Part shown: positions 44,798 to 55,212 of the stretch, in pieces
Position numbering within the stretch: the first letter of the stretch is position 1
How the letters are laid out: each line of letters begins with the position of its first letter
Assembly (NCBI GenBank): GCA_027310625.1
Contig: DAIDAM010000002.1
Span: 1,123-65,122, forward strand
Direction: 5' to 3'
Source of the DNA: a bacterium
GTDB lineage: Bacteria > Patescibacteriota > Minisyncoccia > UBA6257 > 2-01-FULL-56-20
Length of the DNA: 64,000 bases
Position numbers and translations under genes: made by a program
Notes under the pieces: model-generated
The model's input: only the letters and a program-made list of their open reading frames with translations
The model's database searches: none
What the model was told of the DNA's origin: nothing

Positions 44798-45904
44798 ATG
44801 CCCGGGATATCAAAACTTCTCAATCCCTTCGGAGCGATTAAACAGAGAATAATTCCGGTTTATCTCGGAGTGGACATAGGGACGGCGTCAATAAAAATAA
44901 CGGAAGTGGAGCAGGGCGAGCGCCTGCCGCGGCTTTCGAATTACTGCATTCTTGAAGACAAAAGTTCTCTTCTCAGGGCGAACACCGCCATACAAACCAG
45001 CAGCTTGAAACTTTTTGAGGACGAAGTCGTGGAACTCCTTTCCGGCGCGATTGCCGAAATGAAGCCGAAGACGACGGAAGCCATCGCTTCTCTGCCCGTT
45101 TTTTCCTCCTTCACTGCGATTATAAATTTCCCCGAGATGTCTAAAGACGAACTTGAAAAATCCATTTCCTTCGGAATCAAGCAGTACATACCCATGCCTC
45201 TTTCCGAGGTTGCGATTGACTGGATGAAAGTCGGGGAGTACAAGGACGAAAAGGGTCTTCCTTTCCAGCAGGTGCTTTTGATATCGGTTCCGCAGGAGCA
45301 GATAAGAAAGTATCAGCGGATTTTTGAAGACGCCGGACTGCATTTGAACGCGCTCGAAATAGAAAGTTTGAGTTTGGTGCGTGCCGCCGCCGGAACCGAC
45401 CCGACGCCGTCTTTCATTATTGACATCGGCAGCAGGTCAACCGCGATCGTGATAGCCGAAGGAGGCAATGTCCGCTTCAGCGGCCAGAGCGATTTCGGCG
45501 GTTCTTCGCTCACGCAGGCCCTTTCATCCGGGCTTAATATAAATCCCCTTCGCGCGGAGGAGCTTAAAAAGGAAAAAGGAGTGGATGCAACAGGGCCGAA
45601 TTACGAGTTATCCACAATAATGATTCCTTTTCTTGATGCTATAATTAATGAGGTAAAAAGAGTGGAATTCAATTACAAAAGCCAGAATCCGAGCGCGAAA
45701 AAGATGGAGCGCGCGGTCATTAGCGGCGGCGGCGCGAATTTGCCGGGCATTGAAAGATATTTTGAATCCCGTCTCGGCATCCCTTCCGTAAAGGCCGCGC
45801 CGTTTCTGAAACTCGAATATCCGCCGTCGATTGAACCCCTCGTGAAAGAACTCAATCCGCTTTTGAGCGTTTCGCTCGGACTCGGATTGAGAGAGTTTGT
45901 TTAA
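44798..45904 (+). CDS. pilM: Type IV pilus assembly protein PilM
   Basis: GVDIGTASIK, YIPMPLSEV, IDIGSRST, SGGGANLPG, SLGLGLR. Confidence 0.9.
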   Translation: MPGISKLLNPFGAIKQRIIPVYLGVDIGTASIKITEVEQGERLPRLSNYCILEDKSSLLRANTAIQTSSLKLFEDEVVELLSGAIAEMKPKTTEAIASLPVFSSFTAIINFPEMSKDELEKSISFGIKQYIPMPLSEVAIDWMKVGEYKDEKGLPFQQVLLISVPQEQIRKYQRIFEDAGLHLNALEIESLSLVRAAAGTDPTPSFIIDIGSRSTAIVIAEGGNVRFSGQSDFGGSSLTQALSSGLNINPLRAEELKKEKGVDATGPNYELSTIMIPFLDAIINEVKRVEFNYKSQNPSAKKMERAVISGGGANLPGIERYFESRLGIPSVKAAPFLKLEYPPSIEPLVKELNPLLSVSLGLGLREFV

Positions 45905-45953
45905 ATTTTGTTTGAAAATTGAACAAAGTGAAAATTTTCATTACAAAATCTTA

Positions 45954-46125
45954 ACCGAGCACATAAATTTATGAATATACCAAACAATAGAGAATTAAGT
46001 AATCGCAGCACAAACCAGCCATATTATATTAATCGTTTGATTAAATTTATGTGCTCGGTGCTCAATTTTGAATACCGCTCGGTCTGCGGTATAACTACCT
46101 TGCCCTCGCGGGCAAAATTACCATG
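45954..46125. repeat. Long variant of the pil-operon leader element
   Basis: 18-bp IR accgagcacataaattta / taaatttatgtgctcggt around 70 nt, followed by the tail shared with 47579 and 50662. Confidence 0.8.
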
Positions 46126-46695
46126 CCTCTTCCTGAACAAATAGCAAATCGGACGGCGCACGGACCGATAGGAACACCGGGATGGTCAGGCCAGCTTCTG
46201 ATGTTCAGCGGCACCGTTTTTTTCATAAGCTTGGCGGTTTATCTCGGGATCGCTTACGGGTACAAACCCTATCTTGAAAGGCAGGTTGCGATTCTTGACG
46301 AGCAGATAAAAAGCTACACCAGGCAAATTACTCCCGACGAACAGGAAAAACTCATTTCCTTTTACTCGCAGGTGGCGAACCTTAACGAAATCCTCAAAAG
46401 CCGGTTTACTCCCTCGCAGATATTCGGCTGGCTTGAAAAAAACACCGGTGCGAACATTTATTACAACGGGTTCGGTTTTCTCCTTGCCGATTATCAAGTC
46501 AATCTTTCCGGCATTTCAAAAACAGTGGACGGTTTTTCAAAACAGATGGTTTTATTCCAGAATAATCCTGCCGTTGAAAGGGCGTCCATCAACAGCTTTT
46601 CGTCGGCGGGAGGAAACCTTTGGCAGTTTAACGTTTCTCTTTTCCTGAATAAAGACGCCTTGAATTCAGGAGTCACGGTTCAACAAGAACAATGA
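46123..46695 (+). CDS. PilN-like protein
   Basis: TM, coiled coil, VNLSG...FNVSL; follows pilM. Confidence 0.65.
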   Translation: MPLPEQIANRTAHGPIGTPGWSGQLLMFSGTVFFISLAVYLGIAYGYKPYLERQVAILDEQIKSYTRQITPDEQEKLISFYSQVANLNEILKSRFTPSQIFGWLEKNTGANIYYNGFGFLLADYQVNLSGISKTVDGFSKQMVLFQNNPAVERASINSFSSAGGNLWQFNVSLFLNKDALNSGVTVQQEQ

Positions 46696-47273
46696 AGCAG
46701 GCAACAAAAAGATTTTTGAGCTTGATAGTTTCCTTTATTCTTTTCACTTCCGCGCTGGTGGTTTATTTCAATTTCATAGTCCCCGCAAACGAGGAAGGGC
46801 AACAGATAAAATCAAGATACATCAGCAGGCAGAATTTCATCGAGAGCCAAAAGTCCGCAATCTCGCAGGTGCAAAAGCTGGTGCAGTCGTATGAAGGTCA
46901 GGGGCAGGTGCAGGACGTAATTTCCTCAATCGTCCCTCCGTCAATTGATGCCGCTGGGGCGTTTGCGCAGATAAGCGGAATCACAGAGATAAACAAACTT
47001 CTCATACAAGGTATCACCGTAAGCATTCCCGTGGAACAAAGCGTCTCGCCGACGAGCACCGCCGTAAATCCGCTGGTCAAGCCGCTCGGCTCTTTTGATT
47101 TCCAAATAAGAATGGTCGGGACATACGAGAATTTCAAGTCGTTTCTCGGAAATCTTGAAACGAACATAAGAATTTTTGACATAAAGAGGATAGACATCCA
47201 AGCCGCGGCAAAGCCAAATCAGGACGTTTATTCCTTTGACATTACGGCTACAACTTACTATCAGGTAAAATAA
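46692..47273 (+). CDS. PilO-like protein
   Basis: TM, GTYENFKSFLGNLETNIRIFDI. Confidence 0.75.
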   Translation: MKQATKRFLSLIVSFILFTSALVVYFNFIVPANEEGQQIKSRYISRQNFIESQKSAISQVQKLVQSYEGQGQVQDVISSIVPPSIDAAGAFAQISGITEINKLLIQGITVSIPVEQSVSPTSTAVNPLVKPLGSFDFQIRMVGTYENFKSFLGNLETNIRIFDIKRIDIQAAAKPNQDVYSFDITATTYYQVK

Positions 47274-47285
47274 AAGCTGAAAAAC

Positions 47286-47576
47286 ATGGCTATAGTCTTT
47301 GAAGAAAAGACAAACACAGGCGCAATAACGACCTTCATCGTTTGGGTGATTATTCTTGGGGTAATAGCCGCAAGCGTCTATTACGTCTTTTTCAAAGAAC
47401 CGCAGCTTGTGGAATTCACTTCTTCTGCTTCTTTCAAAAATATCCAGCAGCTTTCAAAAATCACCATCAACTCCGCGGAACTCGTTAATAATCCCCAGTT
47501 CGCGGCCCTTAAGCAGTACATCACCGTTTCGCCGCTGGAAGGCGCGGGAAAGTCAAATCCATTTTTGGGGTTCTGA
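47286..47576 (+). CDS. Small pilus-associated membrane protein
   Basis: TM and C-terminal GKSNPF motif. Confidence 0.65.
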   Translation: MAIVFEEKTNTGAITTFIVWVIILGVIAASVYYVFFKEPQLVEFTSSASFKNIQQLSKITINSAELVNNPQFAALKQYITVSPLEGAGKSNPFLGF

Positions 47577-47578
47577 AG

Positions 47579-47734
47579 GTCTTTGCCTAAATTTTGGAGC
47601 ATGAAATGCAAACAAAATTTATCGCAAACACCTTTACCGAGCACATAGGTCTATTATGTGCTCGGTGCTCAATTTTGCAGCCGCTCGGGCTGCGTTATAA
47701 AATTAACTTGCCCTCGCGGGCAAAATTGGCATGA
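47579..47734 (+). repeat. 156-bp direct repeat, copy 1 (leader of pilB)
   Basis: Identical to 50662-50817 except at 2 positions. Confidence 0.95.
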
Positions 47735-49461
47735 CCACAGATCAACTTCTCGGCGAACTTCAGAAGCGGAAACTTCTCACCGAAGAGGTTTCGAACAAAA
47801 TCAGGAGGGAATCGCTTCTTTCGGGGCGCTCCGCGGAAGACATAATTTTTTCTCAGCGGCTTGTTGAAAACGAGCAAGTCGCAAAGCTCAAGAGCGAGGT
47901 TTTAAAAATACCGTATCAAAAGGTGGATGCTTCCAAACTTGACGAAAAACTTTTTGAGTTAATACCCGAGGAAACAGCAAGGACTTACGGAGCAGTTCCC
48001 ATTTCCCAGAGCGACAATCTTTTGGTTGTCGGGATGCTGAGACCCGACGACCCGAAAGCGCAGGAGGCGCTGAAGTTCATCGCTAGGCGCCGCCGTTTGA
48101 ATCTCGGAGTTTACGTGATTTCATATTCCGACTGGCAGGATGTTTTGAGAAGATATTCTCCATATAAAAGCGAAGTGGAAGCTGCTGTGCGCTCGCTTGA
48201 TATTAAGTCGGGCGGCGCCGGCGGCAGGCGACTCGTCGGACTTGAGGAAACGGCTTCAACCAAGCTGGAAGACGCGCCGATTATAAGAATAGTCGCGAAG
48301 ACCTTCAGCGAAGCCGTTCAAAAAGGCGCTTCCGACGTTCACATCGAACCGCTTGAAAATTATTTGAGAGTGAGATTCAGGATAAACGGGCAGCTTGAAG
48401 AAGAAATTGCTTTGCCGGCGGAACTTTCGCAATCAGTAGTTTCGCGCGTGAAGGTTATTTCCAATCTCAAGATAGACGAGGCAAGAGTGCCCCAGGACGG
48501 ACGTTTCCGGACGAGAGTTTTTGACAGAGAAATAGATTTCCGCGTTTCCACGTTTCCGACTCCGCTCGGCGAAAAAGTCGCCATTCGCGTTCTCGACCCC
48601 TCCACCGGGCTAAAAGATTTCGGACAACTCGGCCTTGAAGGGAAAAATCTTTCAACAATAAAAGAAGGACTTTCAAAACCGTTTGGTATGATACTTCTCA
48701 CCGGCCCTACCGGCTCCGGAAAAACAACTACCCTTTACGCGATTCTCCAAACCCTCAACAAAGAAAATATAAACATTCTTAGTTTGGAAGACCCCGTGGA
48801 GTATCTCGTTTCCGGAATAAACCAGTCGCAGGTCAGACCGGAGATAGGATACGATTTTGCTTCCGGATTGAGAGAAATGTTGCGGCAGGACCCGGACATA
48901 ATAATGGTCGGCGAGATAAGGGATAACGAAACAGCGGGGCTTGCGGTCCACGCCGCGCTCACGGGACATATAGTTCTTTCAACCTTGCATACCAATAATG
49001 CCATCGGCGTCATTCCGCGGCTGATTGACATGAAAGTTGAGCCGTTTCTTCTGCCGCCTTCACTCAACCTGATGGTTTCACAGCGCCTCGTCGGCCGCCT
49101 TTGTCAAAATTGCAGGAAGAAAGAGACGGCGCCGCAGGAAATGCAAAGAATAATCAAAAAAGCACTGAACGATTTGCCGTCCGAAATAACGTCCGCCTAC
49201 AAAGAACCGTACGAGATTTACAAAAGCGAGGGGTGTCCCAAATGTCAGGGGAAGGGAATTGTCGGCAGGATAGCGCTTTTCGAGGTTTTCAAAATGACGA
49301 ACGAGCTTCAAAAAATAATAGTTTCCAGCCCCACCGTCCAGCTCATTTCCGAGGAAGCAAAGAGACAGGGAATGATAACACTGCACCAAGACGGCATAAT
49401 AAAAGCGCTCTCCGGTCTTGTAAAAATCGAGGAGGTGATTAAGGAAACGGAAGAATCGTGA
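47731..49461 (+). CDS. pilB: Type IV pilus assembly ATPase PilB/GspE
   Basis: ASDVHIEP, PQDGR, GPTGSGKTTT, EDPVE, LRQDPD, CQNC/CPKC. Confidence 0.92.
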   Translation: MTTDQLLGELQKRKLLTEEVSNKIRRESLLSGRSAEDIIFSQRLVENEQVAKLKSEVLKIPYQKVDASKLDEKLFELIPEETARTYGAVPISQSDNLLVVGMLRPDDPKAQEALKFIARRRRLNLGVYVISYSDWQDVLRRYSPYKSEVEAAVRSLDIKSGGAGGRRLVGLEETASTKLEDAPIIRIVAKTFSEAVQKGASDVHIEPLENYLRVRFRINGQLEEEIALPAELSQSVVSRVKVISNLKIDEARVPQDGRFRTRVFDREIDFRVSTFPTPLGEKVAIRVLDPSTGLKDFGQLGLEGKNLSTIKEGLSKPFGMILLTGPTGSGKTTTLYAILQTLNKENINILSLEDPVEYLVSGINQSQVRPEIGYDFASGLREMLRQDPDIIMVGEIRDNETAGLAVHAALTGHIVLSTLHTNNAIGVIPRLIDMKVEPFLLPPSLNLMVSQRLVGRLCQNCRKKETAPQEMQRIIKKALNDLPSEITSAYKEPYEIYKSEGCPKCQGKGIVGRIALFEVFKMTNELQKIIVSSPTVQLISEEAKRQGMITLHQDGIIKALSGLVKIEEVIKETEES

Positions 49462-49469
49462 TAGAATGA

Positions 49470-49577
49470 AATCAACTAATAACTAATCAATTGCGAATAA
49501 ACGAATTCGCTCCTACGCCGTCGAGAGTCCTCGATGTAATCGGGATAAATTAGAAAAAGATTCGCTATTCGCCGATG
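49470..49577. repeat. Empty GxxExxY-cassette ends with a nested 36-nt insert
   Basis: atcaactaataactaatcaattgcgaataaacgaattcg [49510-49545] taaattagaaaaagattcgctattcgccgatg. Confidence 0.65.
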
Positions 49578-49585
49578 ATAAACGC

Positions 49586-50659
49586 ATGCCCACGCCACAG
49601 GAACAACTGAATGACCTTCTTATAACCACCGCAAAACAGAACGCTTCCGACCTTCATTTGGCCGTTGGACGGCGCCCGACCCTCCGCGTTGACGGAGTTC
49701 TCGTTCCTATTCAAAAAGAACCGCAGCTTACCCGAGAAGCAGTTGAGGGCGTAATTTCCGCGCTCATAACTCCCGAACAAAAAAAAGTTTTTCTTGAAAA
49801 AAAGCAACTGGACTTCGCTTATAGTTTTGAAGACAAGGCGAGATTCCGCGTCAACGTTTATTTCCAGCGCGGCTATATGTCGGCGTCGCTGCGCTTGATA
49901 CCCGCGAGGATAAGAACGGTAGAAGAATTGAATCTCGCGCCGATACTTCACGAGTTCCCGAAGCTTTCGCAGGGCTTCGTTCTCATTGTCGGTCCGGCGG
50001 GACACGGGAAATCGACTACGCTCGCCGCCATGCTTGATGAGGTGAACCACAACCGCACCGACCACATTGTTACAATAGAAGACCCGATTGAATACATTTT
50101 TACGCAGGACAGATGCATAGTTTCGCAGAGGGAAGTCGGGGCCGACGCCTTGAGTTTCCACTCGGCATTGAGAACTGTTTTGCGTCAGGACCCCGACGTT
50201 ATCATGATAGGAGAAATGCGCGACACAATTTCAATCGCAACAGCGATGACCGCGGCGGAAACGGGCCACCTCGTTTTTTCCACACTTCACACCAATTCCG
50301 CTTCGCAGACGATAGACAGAGTCATTGATTCCTTCCCGGCGGAACAGCAGGGACAAATTGTTTCTCAGCTTGCCTCCACGCTTGTCGGCATAATTTCCCA
50401 GCGTCTCATTCCGCGTCTTTCCGGAGGAAGAATTCCGGCGCTTGAGATAATGATAACGAACCCCGCCGTCAGGAACCTCATCCGTGAAAGGAAAATCTAT
50501 CAGATTGACCTTGTGATAGAGACGAGCTTGCAGGAAGGAATGCTGACGATGAACCGTTCTCTTGCAAACCTCGTAAAAACGAAGGAAATTTCGCTTGAAA
50601 ACGCGGAGCTCTATTCCCCGAATCCGGCGGAATTGAGGATACTGCTGGAGAGGATGTAA
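49586..50659 (+). CDS. pilT: Type IV pilus retraction ATPase PilT
   Basis: ASDLHL, RFRVNVY, GPAGHGKSTT, LRQDPD, AETGHLVFSTLHT, AVRNLIRE. Confidence 0.93.
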   Translation: MPTPQEQLNDLLITTAKQNASDLHLAVGRRPTLRVDGVLVPIQKEPQLTREAVEGVISALITPEQKKVFLEKKQLDFAYSFEDKARFRVNVYFQRGYMSASLRLIPARIRTVEELNLAPILHEFPKLSQGFVLIVGPAGHGKSTTLAAMLDEVNHNRTDHIVTIEDPIEYIFTQDRCIVSQREVGADALSFHSALRTVLRQDPDVIMIGEMRDTISIATAMTAAETGHLVFSTLHTNSASQTIDRVIDSFPAEQQGQIVSQLASTLVGIISQRLIPRLSGGRIPALEIMITNPAVRNLIRERKIYQIDLVIETSLQEGMLTMNRSLANLVKTKEISLENAELYSPNPAELRILLERM

Positions 50660-50661
50660 AT

Positions 50662-50817
50662 GTCTTTGCCTAAATTTTGGAGCATGAAATGCGAACAAAA
50701 TTTATCGCAAACACCTTTACCGAGCACATAGGTCTATTATGTGCTCGGTGCTCAATTTTGCAGCCGCTCGGGCTGCGTTATAAAATTAACTTGCCCTCAC
50801 GGGCAAAATTGGCATGA
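50662..50817 (+). repeat. 156-bp direct repeat, copy 2 (leader of pilC)
   Basis: See 47579-47734; offset 3083 bp. Confidence 0.95.
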
Positions 50818-52028
50818 AGTTTAAATACCAGGCAAAAACAAGAGAAGGAGAAAACCAGGTTGGATTCGTGGAAGCGCCTTCAAGAGACGTCGCCGCGAGC
50901 ATTCTTTCGAGCCACAATCTCTTCATTCTGACGCTTAATGAGGTGGGCAAAGAAGGGTTCTTTCAAAGGTTTGAAAGTTATTTTTCAAAACGCCTTAAAA
51001 AGAGCGAACTCGTTATCTTCACAAGACAGCTTGCAATGCTTCTTGAAGCAAGGGTGCCTCTCAACACGAGTTTAAAAGCGATTCATGAGCAGTCGCAAAA
51101 TCCCATTTTGAAGGAAGCGGCGCTTGAAATAGCGGAAGATATAGACGCGGGACTTCCCTTTTCGCAGGCGATAGAGCGCCAGCCGGAAATTTTTTCCGGG
51201 TTCTTCTCAAGCATGGTGCGTTCCGCAGAGATCACCGGCAATCTTGAAAACGTGATGAACTTCCTTGCGGACTACCTTGAACGCGAGTATTCGCTTCAAA
51301 AAAGAGTGGAGTCGGCGCTGATTTATCCGGGAATGATTATAGGCCTTTTCATAGTTGTTTCATTCATTCTCGTGGCTTTCGTCATTCCCCAGATCAGTCC
51401 GATATTCAGAGACGCAGGGGTAAATCTTCCTTTTTTCGTAATGATACTTGTCGGCGTAGGTGCTTTTGTGGGCCAGTGGTGGCCCGTTGTCGCTCTCGGA
51501 TTATTTTTCCTTGCTCTTTTTGCTATAGATTACTTTCAAACGCCGGAGGGCAAAGCCCTGAAAGATGAACTTAAAATAAAACTTCCGATGCTGAAAAGCA
51601 TTTATCTCCCCCTTACAATAACGAGAATCGCCAATTCGGCGTCAATGCTTTTGAGAGGCGGCGTCCCGATTGTGCAATCGCTTGAAATAATCGGGGAAAC
51701 CGCGGACAACGTCGTTTACAAAGAAATAATGCACCAGATTGCGGAAGAAGTTCGCCAAGGTCAGCAAATTTCGGCTTCCGCATCAAAATACCCTGAATAT
51801 TTTCCCTCAACCGTCACGCAAATGATAGCGGTAGGCGAAGCCGCTGGTCAGCTTGAGCAGACATTTTCAAGAATATCCGTTTTTTACGGAAGGGAGGCCG
51901 ACTCGGTGATAAATAACATCGTTGAGCTTATCCAGCCGGTGCTTATCATCGGCGTCGGAATACTCGTCGGACTTCTTTTTTCTTCCATTCTTCTTCCGAT
52001 ATACCAGCTCATCGGGACAATACGTTAA
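50814..52028 (+). CDS. pilC: Type IV pilus inner membrane platform protein PilC/GspF
   Basis: FTRQLAMLL, AEITGNL, ALIYP, MIAVGEAAGQL. Confidence 0.92.
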   Translation: MKFKYQAKTREGENQVGFVEAPSRDVAASILSSHNLFILTLNEVGKEGFFQRFESYFSKRLKKSELVIFTRQLAMLLEARVPLNTSLKAIHEQSQNPILKEAALEIAEDIDAGLPFSQAIERQPEIFSGFFSSMVRSAEITGNLENVMNFLADYLEREYSLQKRVESALIYPGMIIGLFIVVSFILVAFVIPQISPIFRDAGVNLPFFVMILVGVGAFVGQWWPVVALGLFFLALFAIDYFQTPEGKALKDELKIKLPMLKSIYLPLTITRIANSASMLLRGGVPIVQSLEIIGETADNVVYKEIMHQIAEEVRQGQQISASASKYPEYFPSTVTQMIAVGEAAGQLEQTFSRISVFYGREADSVINNIVELIQPVLIIGVGILVGLLFSSILLPIYQLIGTIR

Positions 52029-52099
52029 ATCCAGCGGAATCGGAGTTATGCACACGTGAGACGCTGACACAAAACGAGGTTTGATATAATATTGGTACA

Positions 52100-52576
52100 A
52101 TGAAACGAGATATGAAAAGAGGATTCACGCTAATTGAGATTTTGATAGTCGTCGCGATAATAGCGATTTTGGCGAGCGTGGTTCTCGTAGGTTTTGGTCC
52201 CGCTCAGCGCCAGGGAAGAGATACGAGGAGGATAGCTGATCTTCGTCAGGTACAAAATGCGCTTGAACTTTACTACGCGAAGTGCGGGTATTATCCGGGG
52301 ACGGCGCAGGCGACTTCTCCCTGCGGTGGCTTCAGCCAGATTAGCAGCTGGGCCTCTCTTATAACGTCCCTTACGGGGAGCAACATCGGCGTCAGCCAAA
52401 TTCCTAACGACCCAAGCAGCGGGAAGAACTATCTCTATGGAACCAACATTGCTGGTTCAAGCTATACTCTTGGTGCTGTTCTTGAAGACGCGAACAACCC
52501 TGCCCTTCAGAGTAGTGCGACAGGGAACGTAAACAATATTAACTGCACCGGAAACACGTACTGCGTACAATTTTAG
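52100..52576 (+). CDS. Type IV pilin (N-methylation motif)
   Basis: RGFTLIEILIVVAIIAILA, RDTRRIADL, ALELYY. Confidence 0.9.
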   Translation: MKRDMKRGFTLIEILIVVAIIAILASVVLVGFGPAQRQGRDTRRIADLRQVQNALELYYAKCGYYPGTAQATSPCGGFSQISSWASLITSLTGSNIGVSQIPNDPSSGKNYLYGTNIAGSSYTLGAVLEDANNPALQSSATGNVNNINCTGNTYCVQF

Positions 52577-52597
52577 AAACTTTTATAGCATCAGGTA

Positions 52598-53463
52598 ATG
52601 AGTTTTTTCTCTTTTTCCTCGGCGCGGCGGTGGGGAGCTTTTTGGGCGTGGTTTCTGACCGCTACAAAGAGGACTTGCCGATTTGGGATAAGAGCGTGAT
52701 CGGCGGTCCGCCCGGCGGCGAGACAAGCCGCTCGCGCTGCGAATACTGCGGCACTAAACTACGCTGGTTTGAACTCATTCCCATTCTCAGCTTTTTTTTG
52801 CAAAAAGGCAGGTGCCTCACCTGCGGGCGTAAGCTCAGTTTCCGCTACCCGCTTATTGAAATAGCGACGGGCTTGGTTTTTGTTTTTGTTCCCGTTGGCC
52901 TCAAAAACATTTACTTAGTCGAACCGATTCCTTACACTTCGTCCTTTATTTGGATACTTGTTTTTTCGTTTATCTTTCTTGCCTCCCTCATAGATTTCAG
53001 ATTGCGGATAATTCCCGACGAAATTGTGGTCGCGTTGACCATATTGGGGATTTTTGCAACGGCCATTCAACCGTTCAGCGCAACTGAAGGATCGTTCCTT
53101 GGGAACTACGGATTGATATTCGGCATTCGCGGGAACGTCTGGCTGAATCATTTTTCGGCCGCCTTAATCGCGGCGATTTTCTTCGCGCTGATTATACTCG
53201 TTACCAAAGGAAAGGGAATGGGCGGAGGGGATGTGAAGCTCGCCGCCGCGATGGGGCTTATTTTCGGCTGGCCGGATATTTTACTCATCGTCATTCTTTC
53301 CTTTGTTATCGGCTCTCTTTTTGGAATCGCCGCAATCGCCCTTAAAAGAGAAAAGTTAAAAAGTTTAGTGCCTTTCGGGCCGTTCCTTTTTGTTTCAAGT
53401 ATTCTTGTTTTTTTCTTTGGTAACGAGATTTTGAGGTTTTATTTCGGACTCTTCGGATTGTAA
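52598..53463 (+). CDS. pilD: Prepilin peptidase PilD; ATG 52598 is out of frame by 1 nt, intact frame from GTG 52630
   Basis: GSFLGVV, SRSRCEYC, GRCLTC, YPLIE, IDFRLRIIPD, GMGGGDVKL, VPFGPFL. Confidence 0.88.
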
Positions 53464-53489
53464 GGATGTATAATTAAAACGGACCATCT

Positions 53490-54068
53490 ATGTTTTCCGA
53501 GTTTTTAGGGAAATTTATAAAACAGGCGCGCGGGAGAGGCATGACGCTTTTGGAAGTGCTTATAACAATCGGGATAACGTTGCTTCTTTCCTCCTTTTTG
53601 ATTTCCTACACGAGCTCCAGCCGACAGCAGATAGCGCTTTATTCAGAGGAGGTAAAGCTTGGGCAGACAATTTATCGCGCAAAGTCACTTTCGCTCTCGC
53701 TTTACAGCCAGCCAGGAAGCCAGCCGATATGCGGATACGGCGTTCATTTCGATTATTCTTCAATGACCTACAATCTTTTCAGCTACAACAAGCCCTCCGA
53801 TTCAAGCTGCGGAAGCATAAACTCCATAAGCGCCGGCTCAAAAAATACCGTTTCAACTTTTGGAATCAATAAAAACGTAAAAATCGTTTCTCCTTCGGGC
53901 GGCAGAAAAATTGACGACGTTCTTTTCATTGCGCCGGGTCCGAAGACCATTATCAATTCCAATGGAACGATGATTAGCGACGGCTCGGCTGCGGTCGCCA
54001 TTCAAACCGCTGACGGACTCCTTTTGTTCACGATAACCGTGAATACCAACGGGCTGATAGATTTCTGA
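53490..54068 (+). CDS. Minor pilin
   Basis: RGMTLLEVLI. Confidence 0.8.
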   Translation: MFSEFLGKFIKQARGRGMTLLEVLITIGITLLLSSFLISYTSSSRQQIALYSEEVKLGQTIYRAKSLSLSLYSQPGSQPICGYGVHFDYSSMTYNLFSYNKPSDSSCGSINSISAGSKNTVSTFGINKNVKIVSPSGGRKIDDVLFIAPGPKTIINSNGTMISDGSAAVAIQTADGLLLFTITVNTNGLIDF

Positions 54069-54093
54069 GAAAGGAAGTATAATTACTTCTAAG

Positions 54094-54630
54094 ATGCTTT
54101 CAGGCGACTTAAACCCCGCTAAAAGAATTTTCTTTGAGGCAGGATTTTCAAAAAAGGGGCAGGCGCTTATAGAAGCGGTGGTCGCCGTTTCCGTTCTTTC
54201 CGTGGGAATAATTTCAATACTCGCTCTGCTCAATCGTTCGCTTGCGCTCAACCGCAGTTCCGCCGAAAGATTCGTCGCGACTTATCTTGCCGCCGAGGGA
54301 ATAGAGGTTTTGAAAAACATCGTTGATTCCAACGCAATGAGAAAAATTGCCTGGACGAGCGGCATTCAAAACGGCGACTATGAAGTGGAATACGGAAGCA
54401 ACTCACTAGTTCCCTATCAGGACCGCTTTCTGAACTACGACCCTTCAACGCGTATTTATTCCTACGGGGGCGGCTCCGTGACGCTTTTCAAAAGAATTCT
54501 AAGGATAAATGTAATAGGGCCGGAGGAAATAAAAGTGAATTCCATAGTTTCCTGGACCGCCTCCGGCGGGGCATCATTTAACGTTAACTTGGAAGACCAT
54601 TTTATGAATTGGCAAAATGTAGGTTCGTAA
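54094..54630 (+). CDS. Minor pilin (PilV-like)
   Basis: KGQALIEAVVA, ATYLAAEGIE. Confidence 0.8.
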   Translation: MLSGDLNPAKRIFFEAGFSKKGQALIEAVVAVSVLSVGIISILALLNRSLALNRSSAERFVATYLAAEGIEVLKNIVDSNAMRKIAWTSGIQNGDYEVEYGSNSLVPYQDRFLNYDPSTRIYSYGGGSVTLFKRILRINVIGPEEIKVNSIVSWTASGGASFNVNLEDHFMNWQNVGS

Positions 54631-54643
54631 ATTAACGAAGAAG

Positions 54644-55204
54644 ATGATTCGGAAAATAATAAAAAGTTCGCACGGGCTCGCGCCGCGCATAATGAAATTG
54701 CGTAAGGGATTTACTCTGGTTGAGATTATGGTTTCACTCACGATATTTTCCGTTCTTATAGTTTTGGCGACCAGTTCGTTTGTGAGGGCGCTTAGAACGG
54801 AAAGACAAATCGCCGCCTTTATAGCTGTCAACAGCAACGTCGGCGCTTTTTTGGAGCAAATAGCGAGAGAAATGAGGACAGGAAAGGATTTCTGCATTAA
54901 CGGGAACAACTGCTCCGCAACCAGCATCGCTTTCACAAACGCCGATGGCGAAAAAATTTCCTATTGTTTGGACGACAACTCGATAAAAAGAAGCGCAAAC
55001 TCGAGCTGTTCTTCGGGGCAAAGCATGACGGGCGCAAACGTGCTTGTTGAATACCTTTCCTTCGTCGTTTCCGGCAACCGCGATAACGATAATTTGCCTC
55101 CGCGGATTACAATTCTTGTCGGCGCGACATCAAACAAGCAGTATGCTGTGAGCTATGAGGTTAACCTTCAAACGACCGTAAGCGCGCGGTTGTCCGGAGG
55201 ATAA
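54644..55204 (+). CDS. Minor pilin (PilW-like)
   Basis: KGFTLVEIMVS, EQIAREMR. Confidence 0.8.
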   Translation: MIRKIIKSSHGLAPRIMKLRKGFTLVEIMVSLTIFSVLIVLATSSFVRALRTERQIAAFIAVNSNVGAFLEQIAREMRTGKDFCINGNNCSATSIAFTNADGEKISYCLDDNSIKRSANSSCSSGQSMTGANVLVEYLSFVVSGNRDNDNLPPRITILVGATSNKQYAVSYEVNLQTTVSARLSGG

Positions 55205-55212
55205 TTTTCAAA

